A model generated the notes under the pieces. That model was not told the DNA's origin, did no database searches, and saw nothing but the letters and a program-made list of their open reading frames with translations. The position numbers and the translations under genes were made by a program. Shown here in pieces: positions 42,858-52,626 of a DNA stretch of 64,000 nucleotides (position 1 is its first letter; every line of letters begins with the position of its first letter). This stretch comes from Nibricoccus sp. (GTDB lineage: Bacteria; Verrucomicrobiota; Verrucomicrobiia; Opitutales; Opitutaceae), in contig JASGHG010000001.1 in assembly GCA_047602425.1 (NCBI GenBank), forward strand, positions 3,552,001 through 3,616,000. The letters run 5' to 3'.

Positions 42858-43832
42858 TTATTCGAATTTTAGTTTCGGGTTGAGCCAGACTTGGATCACA
42901 TCGACCACGAGGTTGAGCGTGATGACGAGGATCGCGTAGAGGAGCACGGTGCCGAGCACGAGGTTGTAGTCGCGATTGAAAGCGCTGGTGACGAATTCGC
43001 GTCCGAGGCCGGGAATTTGAAAAATGCTCTCGATCACGAACGAGCCGGTCATGATGCCCGCGATGGCCGGTCCGAGAAAGGCGATGACGGGCAGCAAGCC
43101 GCCGCGCAGGGCGTGTTTGAAAATAACGCGTGTCTCGCTCGCTCCTTTGGCACGGGCGGTGCGAATGTAGTCCTGGCCGAGCACCTCGAGCATACCGCCT
43201 CGGGTGAGCCGGGCAATGTAGGCAGCGTAGACGCAGCCGAGCGTCGCGGCGGGAAGCACGCGGTCGATCGGTTCGTACCAGCCAGAGGCATTGAACCAAC
43301 CGAGTTTTAGCGCAAACAAAAGGATCAGCAAAGGTCCGAGCACGAAAGTCGGCACGCAAATGCCGACCATCGAAACCGACGAACAGAGGTAATCGATCCA
43401 GCTGTTGCGTTTTATCGCAGCTAGAACGCCGAGAGGGAGGCCGAAGATCAACGCGACACCCAGGGAAAGAAGTCCAAGTTCGATGGAAACGGGAAGTTTA
43501 TCGGCGATGATTTCGTTGACGGTGCGGTTGGCGTATTTGAACGACGGTCGGAAATCCATGCCGAACGCCTCCTTCAAATCGAGGCCATTGCGCAGGGCGG
43601 GGAGGTTAAGTTTTTTCGGGCAAATATCCCAAACGTAATCGCGGTACTGTTTCCAGAGCGGATCGTCGAGGTGGTAGTATTTGTTGAGATTGCGCTGAAT
43701 TTCCGGAGGCACGGCTTTTTCCGCGGTGAACGGTCCGCCGGGGACGAACCGAATCATGAAAAACGTCGCCGTGATAATGACGAAGAGGACGGGAATCGTC
43801 TCAAGAAAACGTCGGGCGATGAATCTCAGCAT
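42858..43832 (-). CDS. oppB: Oligopeptide ABC permease OppB
   Basis: RFVPGGPF, DYIRTARAKG, FNRDY. Confidence 0.9.
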   Translation of the reverse strand: MLRFIARRFLETIPVLFVIITATFFMIRFVPGGPFTAEKAVPPEIQRNLNKYYHLDDPLWKQYRDYVWDICPKKLNLPALRNGLDLKEAFGMDFRPSFKYANRTVNEIIADKLPVSIELGLLSLGVALIFGLPLGVLAAIKRNSWIDYLCSSVSMVGICVPTFVLGPLLILLFALKLGWFNASGWYEPIDRVLPAATLGCVYAAYIARLTRGGMLEVLGQDYIRTARAKGASETRVIFKHALRGGLLPVIAFLGPAIAGIMTGSFVIESIFQIPGLGREFVTSAFNRDYNLVLGTVLLYAILVITLNLVVDVIQVWLNPKLKFE

Positions 43833-43934
43833 GGTGGTTAATCACCGAGCATTTGCGTCGCCCGGCGGTTGGCAATACGGGAAACCGGCCGACAATCCGC
43901 AAAGTGGAGGCGCGGGCTGACCCGTGAAAGGTTT

Positions 43935-44582
43935 CTATTTAGCGTAAGCCAGAGCGGTTTCCTGCTGAATTCGCGAGCGCAGCCAGAGGTTTTGGCCGAG
44001 TCCGACCAAGCTGGATGCCGCCCAGTACAAGCCCAGTCCCGCCGCGAGTTTCCATACGATAAAGCCGGTGATTGCTACCTGAATAAAAATCAGGGTGCTC
44101 TTCGCCGAGGCAGAAGCGGCTGGCATAAAATAGGCCGAGGCTCCTGTGAGCGTAAGGATGGCTAGCGTCAGCCAGCCGTCGGGCGAGGCCAGACTACGTA
44201 TCCAGAGAAAAGGTCCGCCATTTGAAACGGCGTCTTTGATCACACGGTACATGACGCCGAAAATCGGCAACTGCACGAAAGAGCCAAGCATCGCGGGCAA
44301 ATCAAACGGGCTGTAACCGTGTTTTTTATAAACCTTCTGCATTTCGCCAAAAATCCGTTCAGGTTTTTTCTCGAAACGTTTTTTGATTTCCTCGATCTCA
44401 GGTCGCAGGGCGAGGGCGATTTGTTGGTTGCGCAACATCCGCCGTGAGAGACGAAGGGTGAGCGGCAATAATGCGACACGAATGCCCAGTGAAAGAGCCA
44501 GGATGGCCCAGCCAAGATTTCCACCAAACGTTTGTACGAGGTAACTCAGGAGAGCGGTTAGATAAGAATGCATAGGAGGCAT
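43935..44582 (-). CDS. Short YidC/Oxa1-family membrane insertase
   Basis: GNLGWAI...IRVALLPL, LRPEIEEIKKRF, VQLPIF, FLWI, GLGLYW. Confidence 0.82.
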   Translation of the reverse strand: MPPMHSYLTALLSYLVQTFGGNLGWAILALSLGIRVALLPLTLRLSRRMLRNQQIALALRPEIEEIKKRFEKKPERIFGEMQKVYKKHGYSPFDLPAMLGSFVQLPIFGVMYRVIKDAVSNGGPFLWIRSLASPDGWLTLAILTLTGASAYFMPAASASAKSTLIFIQVAITGFIVWKLAAGLGLYWAASSLVGLGQNLWLRSRIQQETALAYAK

Positions 44583-44657
44583 TGCCTCCAGCAGACGGCG
44601 CGCCGATTGCGCAAAACGCCGCGCTCTAACTCGGAAACAACCACCTGCGACTGGCTT

Positions 44658-46085
44658 TTATTTGCCTGCCATCTCGCGTTCGATCGCTTCGAGCGACTTT
44701 TGTTTTGTCTCTGGCAATGCGCGCAGGATGTAGACCAAGCCGATAACGCAGACGACGGCGTAGAGCCAGAACGTGCCTGCCGCGCCGATGCGATTGTTTA
44801 AAATCGGAAAAGTGTAGGTGAGAATAAAACACGCTGCCCAGAGGGACGTCACGGCAACAGACATCGCGGCCCCTCGAATCCGATTGGGAAAAATTTCCGA
44901 AATCACCACCCAGGTCACGGGTGCGAGCGTCATCGCGTAGCAACCGATGGCCGCGAGAACCAGCAGGAGCAGCGGCAGCCCTTGCACGCCGCCGCGGTAG
45001 CAAAAGCCCATTGTGATATAAATGAGCGCGAGGCCGGCGGCGCCAAGAAGCATGAGCGGGCGACGGCCGAACTTGTCGACAGTACCAATCGCGACGAAGG
45101 TGAAGATCAGGTTGACCGAACCGGTCCAGGCGATGTTTTTCAACACGCTGGAAATGTCATAGCCGGCGGCGCGAAAGATTTCTTCGGCGTAGTTGAAAAT
45201 CACATTGATGCCGCACCATTGCTGAAACACCGCCAGCACGACGCCCAGCACCAATGCGCGGCGCATGTCGGGTCGCAGCAGATCGCCGAACGGTACGCGC
45301 TGGCTTTGGCCGCCTTCTAGGGTCTTTTCGACGTCCTGCAATTCCGCGTCTGCGTAAGCCGAACCGCCGATGGTTTTAAGCACAGAGTGCGCGCGCTCGT
45401 ATTGGCCGCGTTTCGCCAGCCAGCGGGGGCTTTCCGGCACGAAAAACATGCCAACAAAAAATAACGCCGAAGGCACGGCGGTGAGTGCGAACATCCAGCG
45501 CCAGGCGGACTGGCCGTACCACGAGCTGCGGATAAATTCGTCGCCCGAATTGGCCGGGAGGTCGCGCACAAGATACCAGTTCACGAATTGGGCGAGCAGA
45601 ATACCGATGACGATGGTGAGTTGGTTGAGCGAAACAAGTTTCCCGCGCATCGATGCCGGTGCGACCTCGGCAATGTACATCGGCGAGAGACCTGAAGCCA
45701 AACCAATGGCCACGCCACCAAAAATACGCCAGGCTACAAAGACGGTGAAGTTTTGCGCAAAGGCATTGCCGAGCGAAGTGACGGCAAATAGAAACGCCGA
45801 AAGAAGCAGCAGGCGTTTGCGGCCGAATTTGTCGCTGAGCGCACCTGTACCCAACGCCCCAACGAGACATCCGATGAGTGCGCAACTGTTGGCCCAGCCC
45901 GAGGCATTGGCGTCATTGAGTTCGAAAAAACGCTCGAAAAACGGCTTGGCTCCGCCGATCACCACCCAGTCGTAGCCAAAAAGCAGCCCGCCGAGCGCGG
46001 CCACGAACGAAATTGTCCAGATGTACGTGGCGTTGAATTGGGTAGGCGGAGTCGATGACGGGGCAGGGGCGGTTGGGGCGATCAT
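44658..46085 (-). CDS. Sugar porter family MFS transporter (XylE/AraE-like)
   Basis: GGLLFGYD, DKFGRK, PESPRWL, QQWCGINVIFNY, SEIFP, PETK. Confidence 0.93.
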   Translation of the reverse strand: MIAPTAPAPSSTPPTQFNATYIWTISFVAALGGLLFGYDWVVIGGAKPFFERFFELNDANASGWANSCALIGCLVGALGTGALSDKFGRKRLLLLSAFLFAVTSLGNAFAQNFTVFVAWRIFGGVAIGLASGLSPMYIAEVAPASMRGKLVSLNQLTIVIGILLAQFVNWYLVRDLPANSGDEFIRSSWYGQSAWRWMFALTAVPSALFFVGMFFVPESPRWLAKRGQYERAHSVLKTIGGSAYADAELQDVEKTLEGGQSQRVPFGDLLRPDMRRALVLGVVLAVFQQWCGINVIFNYAEEIFRAAGYDISSVLKNIAWTGSVNLIFTFVAIGTVDKFGRRPLMLLGAAGLALIYITMGFCYRGGVQGLPLLLLVLAAIGCYAMTLAPVTWVVISEIFPNRIRGAAMSVAVTSLWAACFILTYTFPILNNRIGAAGTFWLYAVVCVIGLVYILRALPETKQKSLEAIEREMAGK

Positions 46086-46233
46086 AGGACTAGAGTTGTC
46101 GGATTGCAGGCGGGCAGCTTCCTGTTTTCGGGGTGTGGCAATTTCTATTGGAAGGCCTGACCGGAGCCAGGTCCTACGAAGCAAGCGATTTGTAGGTTGC
46201 GACCTGGATAGGGCGGTTGAATTTTGGCGGAGT

Positions 46234-49200
46234 TTAGGATTGTGCGAAAAGGTCTGCCGCTTGCGGGTGGTTTGGGTCGCGTGACAAAACGGTACGCAGC
46301 AATTTTTGTGCGGCCTTCGTTTGGCCGAGTCCGTGCAGCGCCTGTGCTTCGAGGAAAAGCGCGGTAGTCGTTTGTCGTTCCTGCAGGTCGTCATCGAAAA
46401 GCAGCATGGTGGGCAGCGACGTGGCGAAATAATCGATCTTGGCCGGAGTCAACGCGAGTTTCTTCGCATAACGTTGAAGGTCTCGGAGGAGCTTTTTTGC
46501 TTTGGCTGCTTGGCGTAGACGAAGCAGCGAAAGCGCCGAGTAGTACGTCATCTCCGAGAACGTACGCACGCTCATCGCTTGAAAATCACCTCTGAAACTC
46601 GCGGCGGCTTTCCATTGTTGGCGGGCTTCGTCGGTTCGGTCGGCGGCGGACAATGCTTCGCCAAGCCAGAAGTAAATGTCGCTTTGGTTCGCGAGCAGGT
46701 GGCGGGCCTCGCCGAGATTGTGCGGTGCTGCGCCGGCGGCGGTAAAATGCTTGATCGCGTCGGCATGGCGACCGGTGCTGAGGGCTTTGCGTCCGAGCGC
46801 GAGGTGGGTGCGCACATGTTGGCCGAGCGCCTGGCCTTCGCCGCCTTCCCACGGCTGGAACTTTCGCGTGGAAACGATTTCAAGCGCACGGGCCGGCTGG
46901 CCAGTCTGATTGTAGATGGCACAAAGTTCGACCGAAAGATCGTCGCGTTGTTGAACAAGGTCGCGATGGCGCTCCAGTTCTTTTAAGCGCCGGGTAGGGG
47001 CGTCGCCGAGTCGTTTCCAAAGTTGATCGCGCTCGAAAAGCAGGCGGGCATCGCTTGGATTGGCGCGGAACGCCTTTTCGTAGGCCAGACGCGCCTTGGC
47101 CGGTTTTTGCAGGATGTTGAAATAGCCAATGCCCAGACAGCGCCAGGCGACGGCATTTTTCGGTTCAAACCGAACTGCTTTCTCCCAACAAACAAGGGCC
47201 TCGTGATGACGTCGGCGGTCGTAGAGAAAATGCCCAAGATAAAACGGCGCCCGCGCATCGCGAGCATCGGCCGCCATGGCATGTTCAAAGACAATCTGCT
47301 CTTCGATCCGCGCCGGAAAACAGTAGTCGGGCGCAGCCTGCCGTGCCACTTTGAGCCAGCGACGGGCTGACAGTTTGTCATTCATTAAATGACAAACCCA
47401 CGCAGCCGTGTAAGCAAGGAGCGGGGCGGTGCCGAGATTTGCGGGATTCTTGGAATCTGCATCGGACAGCCGGCCATGACTGCATAAAGGCGTTCTGCCG
47501 GTGCCGGAAAGTTTGTCATTTAATAGATGACAAACTGTTTGGTCATTTTTGGGGAGGGCGGGTGGCGATTTTTCAGAAGTAATGAGAGAAAGTGCTTCGG
47601 TGAAAAGGCCGGCGCGGATGTGGTCGTGGGCGAGGTCCAGGCGGACCTGATTGTCGCAGGTGAGTGGTTCGTTGGAAAGGTGGCGAGCCCACCAATCGAG
47701 CGGATCGAGAGCGAGGGTTTCGCGAAGTGCGGCGTTGGCTTCGTCACTGCGACCGAGGTGGCGCAGGGCGACGACGCGGAGATTGCGGGCGCGGAGGTTG
47801 TCGGTGTTGAAACGCAGCGAGCGATTCAAGTGGTCAAGCGCCTTGGCCCAATCGCTGCGCGTAGCGTCGATTTCAGCCAAAGCGTGGTAGGCGGCCGAGG
47901 CCCAGGCTTGATTCCATGTGGCTTTGTAGAAAGCGGAGTAAGCGTCGTGAAGTTTTTCGAGGGCGGACTGTGCGGTAGGATTTTTTTCGCTGAGCGCGAG
48001 ATAACGAAGCGTCAGTCCGAGTTGATAGAGGGCCTCGCCGTCGGCGGGGTTGGGATTGCGCGAGATGAGGCGGGCAATCGCGGAGCAGAAATGGATTTCG
48101 GCGTGGGCAAACTCGCCGCGTTGCAGATGCCATTTTCCCATCGCGGTGTGGCAGCGGCTATCGCCTGGATCGCGTCGCAAGGCTTCAAGCCAGTAGAGCG
48201 TGGGACAGCGCGTGGCGTGACGGTATTGCGCGAGATGAAGACCGGTGATGTAGAGTTCGTCCGCACCAATGATGTTGGCTGGCAAAGGTGGTTCGGTCGC
48301 GGCGATCTTGGCGATTTCTTCTTTTGCCGCGGGGGTGATTTTGCGCGGGGTGTAAGTAATAATCTCACGGCCTGTCGCGTCCTGTGCCACGAGCGTGAGT
48401 TCGGTCGCCGCGATCGATTTTGGCAACGGCACCTCGGTGACAAAAGGTGAATTGGGTTTCAGGTCATGCGTAAAACTAGCGAGGACGCGATCTCGACGAC
48501 GCAGTGCGATGGTGGCATGCGGAAAAGGTCGCGAGGGGCATACACCGAGGCGGGCATTGCGACCTTTGATCTCGAACGAGAGCGCGGCATCGACGTTGGC
48601 TTGCTGGGCTGGACCTATGAGTTGGATTGGGTACCAATATTGGCTCCAACTCTTGGTTTCGCCGGGCTGAAGGAAGGAGAAATCCGGCTGATTGTCCGTG
48701 TAAACGCCAGCCATAATTTCGATGTACGGATGACAAATTCCCGCGGCATCTGGATCGGTGAGATTGCGGTCCCATGCGTAGCCGAACTCATCGTTACCCC
48801 ACGTCCATTGTTTTTTGCCGGGCGAAATGTGATGGTTGGCGATATGCACGACGCCCGCCTGCGCCGCGTGATCGTAACCGCCGAAGAAATCATCTTGCGA
48901 GCCCATCGCCATGTACGACGTCGGGACAGGAATATTGGCGTACCACGAGAGATCGGCGGGGTTGTAGGAAGGATGTTTTTGCGAGTTAGCAACTGGTTGG
49001 CTGCCATTAGTAGAATTTGCTGCGGCGTGTGGAGGTATAAACTGGTTTGGAACTTCCATGGCGGGAATGCCGTGCTTTCCGCGCATACCATAGTTGACGC
49101 CGTAGTAGGTTTCCTCGCAGAGCGGAAAGCGGCTCATGGCGCGCTTGGCATGATCGGCGACAAAGGTCACGTCGGTCGGGAAAAAAGACTGATACTGCTC

Positions 49201-49794
49201 ATGCACCCGCGTGGCTACATTGGCCCACCAGAGAAAAGTCTGTGGATGTGGCGTCCGGTTATAGGCGCGGGCTTTCAGTTCGATCGCGGCGGAGTCGGGC
49301 CGCACGCAAACGCCGTGCATGCCTTTCATGCGCGCCATCGGATCGTGTTCGCTCAACCACACCGTGACCGAACCATCCGGGTGTTTTTCGATCTGCACGT
49401 CGGCTAGCATGAAAGTCGAAGGCCGATGATGTTGCGGCCAGTTGAATTCCACGCCGCCGCTGATCCAAGGCCCGGCGAGTCCGACCAGTGCGGGCTTGAT
49501 CACATCCTGGCGGTAGAAAAAATCGTAGTTGTTGGTTTTATCGCGACCGACATGGATGCGTCCCCCGAGTTCGGGCAGAATCATCACGTAGATAAATTCG
49601 TTTTCGAGAATGACAGCGTCCCAGGCGCGCGGCTTCGGTTTTTCCTCGATGCGATCGGTGAACGGCAGCGGGTAAACTCGTCCACTGCTTCCTTGATAAA
49701 CGCGTTTCTCGAGAAACATCGGGTTGCGGTCCGGCGCAGCGGGCGCGTAAGTGGGCAAAGTTACGGATTCACGGGAAGCGCGCACGGAGGACAT
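46234..49794 (-). CDS. DUF5107 domain TPR protein (YphG-like)
   Basis: VYQGSSGRVYP, GPWISGGVEFNWPQHHRP, GKKQWTWG, AGVYTDNQPDF, TPR-like C-terminus, PWEGGEG. Confidence 0.85.
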   Translation of the reverse strand: MSSVRASRESVTLPTYAPAAPDRNPMFLEKRVYQGSSGRVYPLPFTDRIEEKPKPRAWDAVILENEFIYVMILPELGGRIHVGRDKTNNYDFFYRQDVIKPALVGLAGPWISGGVEFNWPQHHRPSTFMLADVQIEKHPDGSVTVWLSEHDPMARMKGMHGVCVRPDSAAIELKARAYNRTPHPQTFLWWANVATRVHEQYQSFFPTDVTFVADHAKRAMSRFPLCEETYYGVNYGMRGKHGIPAMEVPNQFIPPHAAANSTNGSQPVANSQKHPSYNPADLSWYANIPVPTSYMAMGSQDDFFGGYDHAAQAGVVHIANHHISPGKKQWTWGNDEFGYAWDRNLTDPDAAGICHPYIEIMAGVYTDNQPDFSFLQPGETKSWSQYWYPIQLIGPAQQANVDAALSFEIKGRNARLGVCPSRPFPHATIALRRRDRVLASFTHDLKPNSPFVTEVPLPKSIAATELTLVAQDATGREIITYTPRKITPAAKEEIAKIAATEPPLPANIIGADELYITGLHLAQYRHATRCPTLYWLEALRRDPGDSRCHTAMGKWHLQRGEFAHAEIHFCSAIARLISRNPNPADGEALYQLGLTLRYLALSEKNPTAQSALEKLHDAYSAFYKATWNQAWASAAYHALAEIDATRSDWAKALDHLNRSLRFNTDNLRARNLRVVALRHLGRSDEANAALRETLALDPLDWWARHLSNEPLTCDNQVRLDLAHDHIRAGLFTEALSLITSEKSPPALPKNDQTVCHLLNDKLSGTGRTPLCSHGRLSDADSKNPANLGTAPLLAYTAAWVCHLMNDKLSARRWLKVARQAAPDYCFPARIEEQIVFEHAMAADARDARAPFYLGHFLYDRRRHHEALVCWEKAVRFEPKNAVAWRCLGIGYFNILQKPAKARLAYEKAFRANPSDARLLFERDQLWKRLGDAPTRRLKELERHRDLVQQRDDLSVELCAIYNQTGQPARALEIVSTRKFQPWEGGEGQALGQHVRTHLALGRKALSTGRHADAIKHFTAAGAAPHNLGEARHLLANQSDIYFWLGEALSAADRTDEARQQWKAAASFRGDFQAMSVRTFSEMTYYSALSLLRLRQAAKAKKLLRDLQRYAKKLALTPAKIDYFATSLPTMLLFDDDLQERQTTTALFLEAQALHGLGQTKAAQKLLRTVLSRDPNHPQAADLFAQS
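47373..47397. repeat. 25-bp palindrome GTTTGTCATTCATTAAATGACAAAC within the CDS
   Basis: Encodes VCHLMNDK. Confidence 0.8.
47511..47535. repeat. 25-bp palindrome GTTTGTCATTTAATAGATGACAAAC within the CDS
   Basis: Encodes VCHLLNDK. Confidence 0.8.
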
Positions 49795-49843
49795 GGCGGA
49801 GCAACAAGAAGTTTTGCGGAACGGGGAATGGAGAACCTCGACG

Positions 49844-49910
49844 ATATTACGCCATCCCAATGCATTTACCAATGGACGATAGCTTGAAATAAATGGAGGA
49901 TCTTACGAAA
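49844..49910 (-). promoter_or_regulatory. Putative AraC-activated promoter for the DUF5107-MFS operon
   Basis: Minus strand: ATCCTCCAT and ATCGTCCAT 21 bp apart, abutting TTGGTA-17nt-TAATAT. Confidence 0.5.
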
Positions 49911-49916
49911 ATTGCC

Positions 49917-50807
49917 ATGCCATCAACCATTCGTCGTCGAGAAGGTTTTCCCGGTCAGCACCACGTGGTGCTGCCTCCGTCGGTGGTGCAACGCGCCCTG
50001 CGCAGTCCATTGCTTCGTGGCCTGGCCGTGACCGATGCGGGCGCCTATCCCCATGCGGCCGGGCACTACGTGGAACGTGCCAAGGGCGCAGCGGGCACAG
50101 TGCTTTTGGTTTGTACGGCTGGTTCGGGTTGGGTGCGTTGGAAGGGACGCGAGCAGCGCGTGCAAGCGGGCGGAGTGGTGTTGCTTCCGCCGGGAGAAAC
50201 GCACGCTTACGGAGCGGATGAGGGTGATCCCTGGACGCTTGAGTGGGCGCACTTTGCCGGCGAAGAAGCGGATCATTGGCGTGCTGCGGTGCTAGGTCGG
50301 AACCCGGATTCGGCCTGTCTGGAACTGCCGCCGCGCATTGTACCGGCGCTGGGAGTAGCGCGGGTTTACGAACGCCTTGAGATTGGTTATAGCGAACCGC
50401 AACTTCTGGCGGCTGCGGCGGCCTTGCGATGGAGCCTGGCGGAACTCGTGCGAGTGCGTCACATGCCGGTCAACGCGCCAACAGTCGTCGATGCCGTGGA
50501 AGCGACGGCTGCGTGGATGCGCGAGCATTTTGACCAACGTATCACATTGGAGCAGCTGGCGGTGCGGGCACGCTTGTCGGTGTCGCATTTCTCGGCAACG
50601 TTTCGCCAGCGCTTTGGTTATGCGCCGATCGATTGGCTGATCCGCCAACGTATTCAACGGGCGTGTCAGTTGCTCGACACGACCGGCGAAAAAGTCGAAG
50701 CGATTGGCCAGGCGGTGGGCTTTGCCGATCCGTATTATTTTTCTCGAATGTTCCGCCGAGTGATGGGCGTTCCGCCGCGGAGATATCGAGGGATGGTGAA
50801 AGGGTGA
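49917..50807 (+). CDS. AraC family transcriptional regulator
   Basis: EGFPGQ, cupin domain HAYGAD...PWTLEWAHF, HTH GFADPYYFSRMF; alternative start 49893. Confidence 0.93.
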   Translation: MPSTIRRREGFPGQHHVVLPPSVVQRALRSPLLRGLAVTDAGAYPHAAGHYVERAKGAAGTVLLVCTAGSGWVRWKGREQRVQAGGVVLLPPGETHAYGADEGDPWTLEWAHFAGEEADHWRAAVLGRNPDSACLELPPRIVPALGVARVYERLEIGYSEPQLLAAAAALRWSLAELVRVRHMPVNAPTVVDAVEATAAWMREHFDQRITLEQLAVRARLSVSHFSATFRQRFGYAPIDWLIRQRIQRACQLLDTTGEKVEAIGQAVGFADPYYFSRMFRRVMGVPPRRYRGMVKG

Positions 50808-50811
50808 GGGG

Positions 50812-51288
50812 CTAGGTTCTTTTGGTGACCTTCTCAAACAATGCGCCCAACGAGAGTTTCCCATCTGGGAGCGTCACCTCGTAGCCATATTCCTTTTTTA
50901 AGGCGCGGACCAATGCCACATCTTCCATGCTATCGGCGTCACCGGGCTGATAGTTGCGATTGTAGTAGTCCATGACTCCATCGTCGGGTCCGATTTTATG
51001 AATGATATCTTTTCCGATTCCGAACGCATGCGAATAGAGGCGGAGATATCGTTTGATTTTGTCCTTTCTTTCCTTCCCGTAGCGCGAAAGCCAGAGCCGG
51101 TAGAATACCTGACGATTTTGATAATACGTTTTCAATGCCTTCATCCGCCGAATTAAGTCTATTTCGACCGCAATGAATGCTGGTGCCAGTGTGATCGCGA
51201 CGGCTATTGGCACAGGGAAATCCAGGAACAACGCACCAAATAGAAGTGCGATCATCAAAGCGGCGAGAGCGAGTGTTTGTTTGCTCAT
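50812..51288 (-). CDS. Hypothetical membrane protein with ACP-like C-terminus
   Basis: Two N-terminal TM segments; GDADSMEDVALVRALKKEYGYEV; visibly lower GC. Confidence 0.6.
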   Translation of the reverse strand: MSKQTLALAALMIALLFGALFLDFPVPIAVAITLAPAFIAVEIDLIRRMKALKTYYQNRQVFYRLWLSRYGKERKDKIKRYLRLYSHAFGIGKDIIHKIGPDDGVMDYYNRNYQPGDADSMEDVALVRALKKEYGYEVTLPDGKLSLGALFEKVTKRT

Positions 51289-51309
51289 GCTTTGATTGAG
51301 GTTAGGTCA

Positions 51310-52230
51310 CTAGATCACCCAGTCGCTCAGCTCTTCAATCAAAGCTTCCTTGCTCTTTTTCGGACGAATGATCGAGGCGGCGTCGCCTTGGTAATAGGCA
51401 ATGCTGTTGGGTGGCATCGATTGCATGAGCCAGACGTTGGAGCCGACCACGGAATTTTCGCCGACCACGGTATCACCACCAAGGATGGTGGCGCCGGGGT
51501 AAACGATCACATGGTCCTTGAGCTCGGGATGGCGTTTCACGCCTTTGACCGGGACGCCCTTGTCGTCGACGGCAAAGGATTTCGCGCCGAGGGTCACGCC
51601 TTGATAGATTTTGACGTGGTTGCCGATGCGCGCGGTTTCGCCGATGACGACGCCGGTGCAGTGGTCGATGAAGAAATGGCTGCCGATTTCGGCGCCGGGA
51701 TGGATGTCGGTGCCGGTGCGTTCATGCGCGTACTCCGTGAGCATGCGCGGAAGAAGCGGCACTCCGAGGCGGTAAAGAATATGGGCGATGCGTTGCAGCG
51801 AAATCACCAGCACGCATGGGTAGGATAGAATGATTTCCTCAACGCTGCGCGCGGCGGGATCGCCGGCATAAGCGGCGGCGACGTCTGTCTGCAAAATACG
51901 GCGGACGACCGGGAGTTGGGCGAGAAGATGGGTTGTGAGTTCGCGGGCGCGAGCGCTGGGATCGGCGTCGCGATTGAAACGCAGGCACTTTTCCAATTCC
52001 GCGGCCAGCCGGGTCTCGATTTTTTTAAGGAGCCCGTCGAGCATGCCCGGGACTTCCTTTTTGGAGAGGCAGCTTTCCTGAAAATAGCCCGGGAAGAGCA
52101 GATGCATGAAGTCGCGGGCGAGTTCATTAACCGATTCTTCGGCCGGAAGATTGATGCCGTCGAGGTGGTTGATGCCGCCGTCGGTTTCGTAAGAAGCGAG
52201 CAGGGCGCGTTTGATCTCGTCGTGCGTCAT
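51310..52230 (-). CDS. cysE: Serine O-acetyltransferase (CysE/EpsC type)
   Basis: DVAAAYAGDPAA, TGTDIHPGA, FFIDHCTGVVIGET, IYQGVTLG, KRHP. Confidence 0.9.
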   Translation of the reverse strand: MTHDEIKRALLASYETDGGINHLDGINLPAEESVNELARDFMHLLFPGYFQESCLSKKEVPGMLDGLLKKIETRLAAELEKCLRFNRDADPSARARELTTHLLAQLPVVRRILQTDVAAAYAGDPAARSVEEIILSYPCVLVISLQRIAHILYRLGVPLLPRMLTEYAHERTGTDIHPGAEIGSHFFIDHCTGVVIGETARIGNHVKIYQGVTLGAKSFAVDDKGVPVKGVKRHPELKDHVIVYPGATILGGDTVVGENSVVGSNVWLMQSMPPNSIAYYQGDAASIIRPKKSKEALIEELSDWVI

Positions 52231-52356
52231 GGCGTTGGGTGTGCGGTACATTTGCCAGTACGACGGGTGGGTCAAAACACATTTTGCGATTTTGCAATTT
52301 CCGGGCTTTACAAGGTCCGTGGGATGTCTCTTAGTCCGCCTTCCTCCGACTGGTAC

Positions 52357-52441
52357 GCTCAGGTGGTGGAATTGGTAGACACACACGTTTGAGGGGCGTG
52401 TGCCGTGAGGCGTAAGGGTTCGAGTCCCTTCCTGAGCACCA
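52357..52441 (+). tRNA. tRNA-Leu (GAG)
   Basis: GCTCAGG/CCTGAGC acceptor, CACGT-TTGAGGG-GCGTG anticodon arm, variable arm, GGTTCGAGTCC, CCA. Confidence 0.97.
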
Positions 52442-52626
52442 TTCCCAGTCGGCCGCAGATGGAAAAATCTTCTTTAACCATCGCTAATATGCCCCTTCCA
52501 GACGGGAAAACACGCTTGCTTCCCGGGGAGAGGCGTTAAATCGTAGCCCTCTTTCCCTAAGCACTCAGGACCTACACCTGCATCAACACCCCACGAGGGT
52601 ACCGCCCTCTTTTTTCCGCAAACCGC

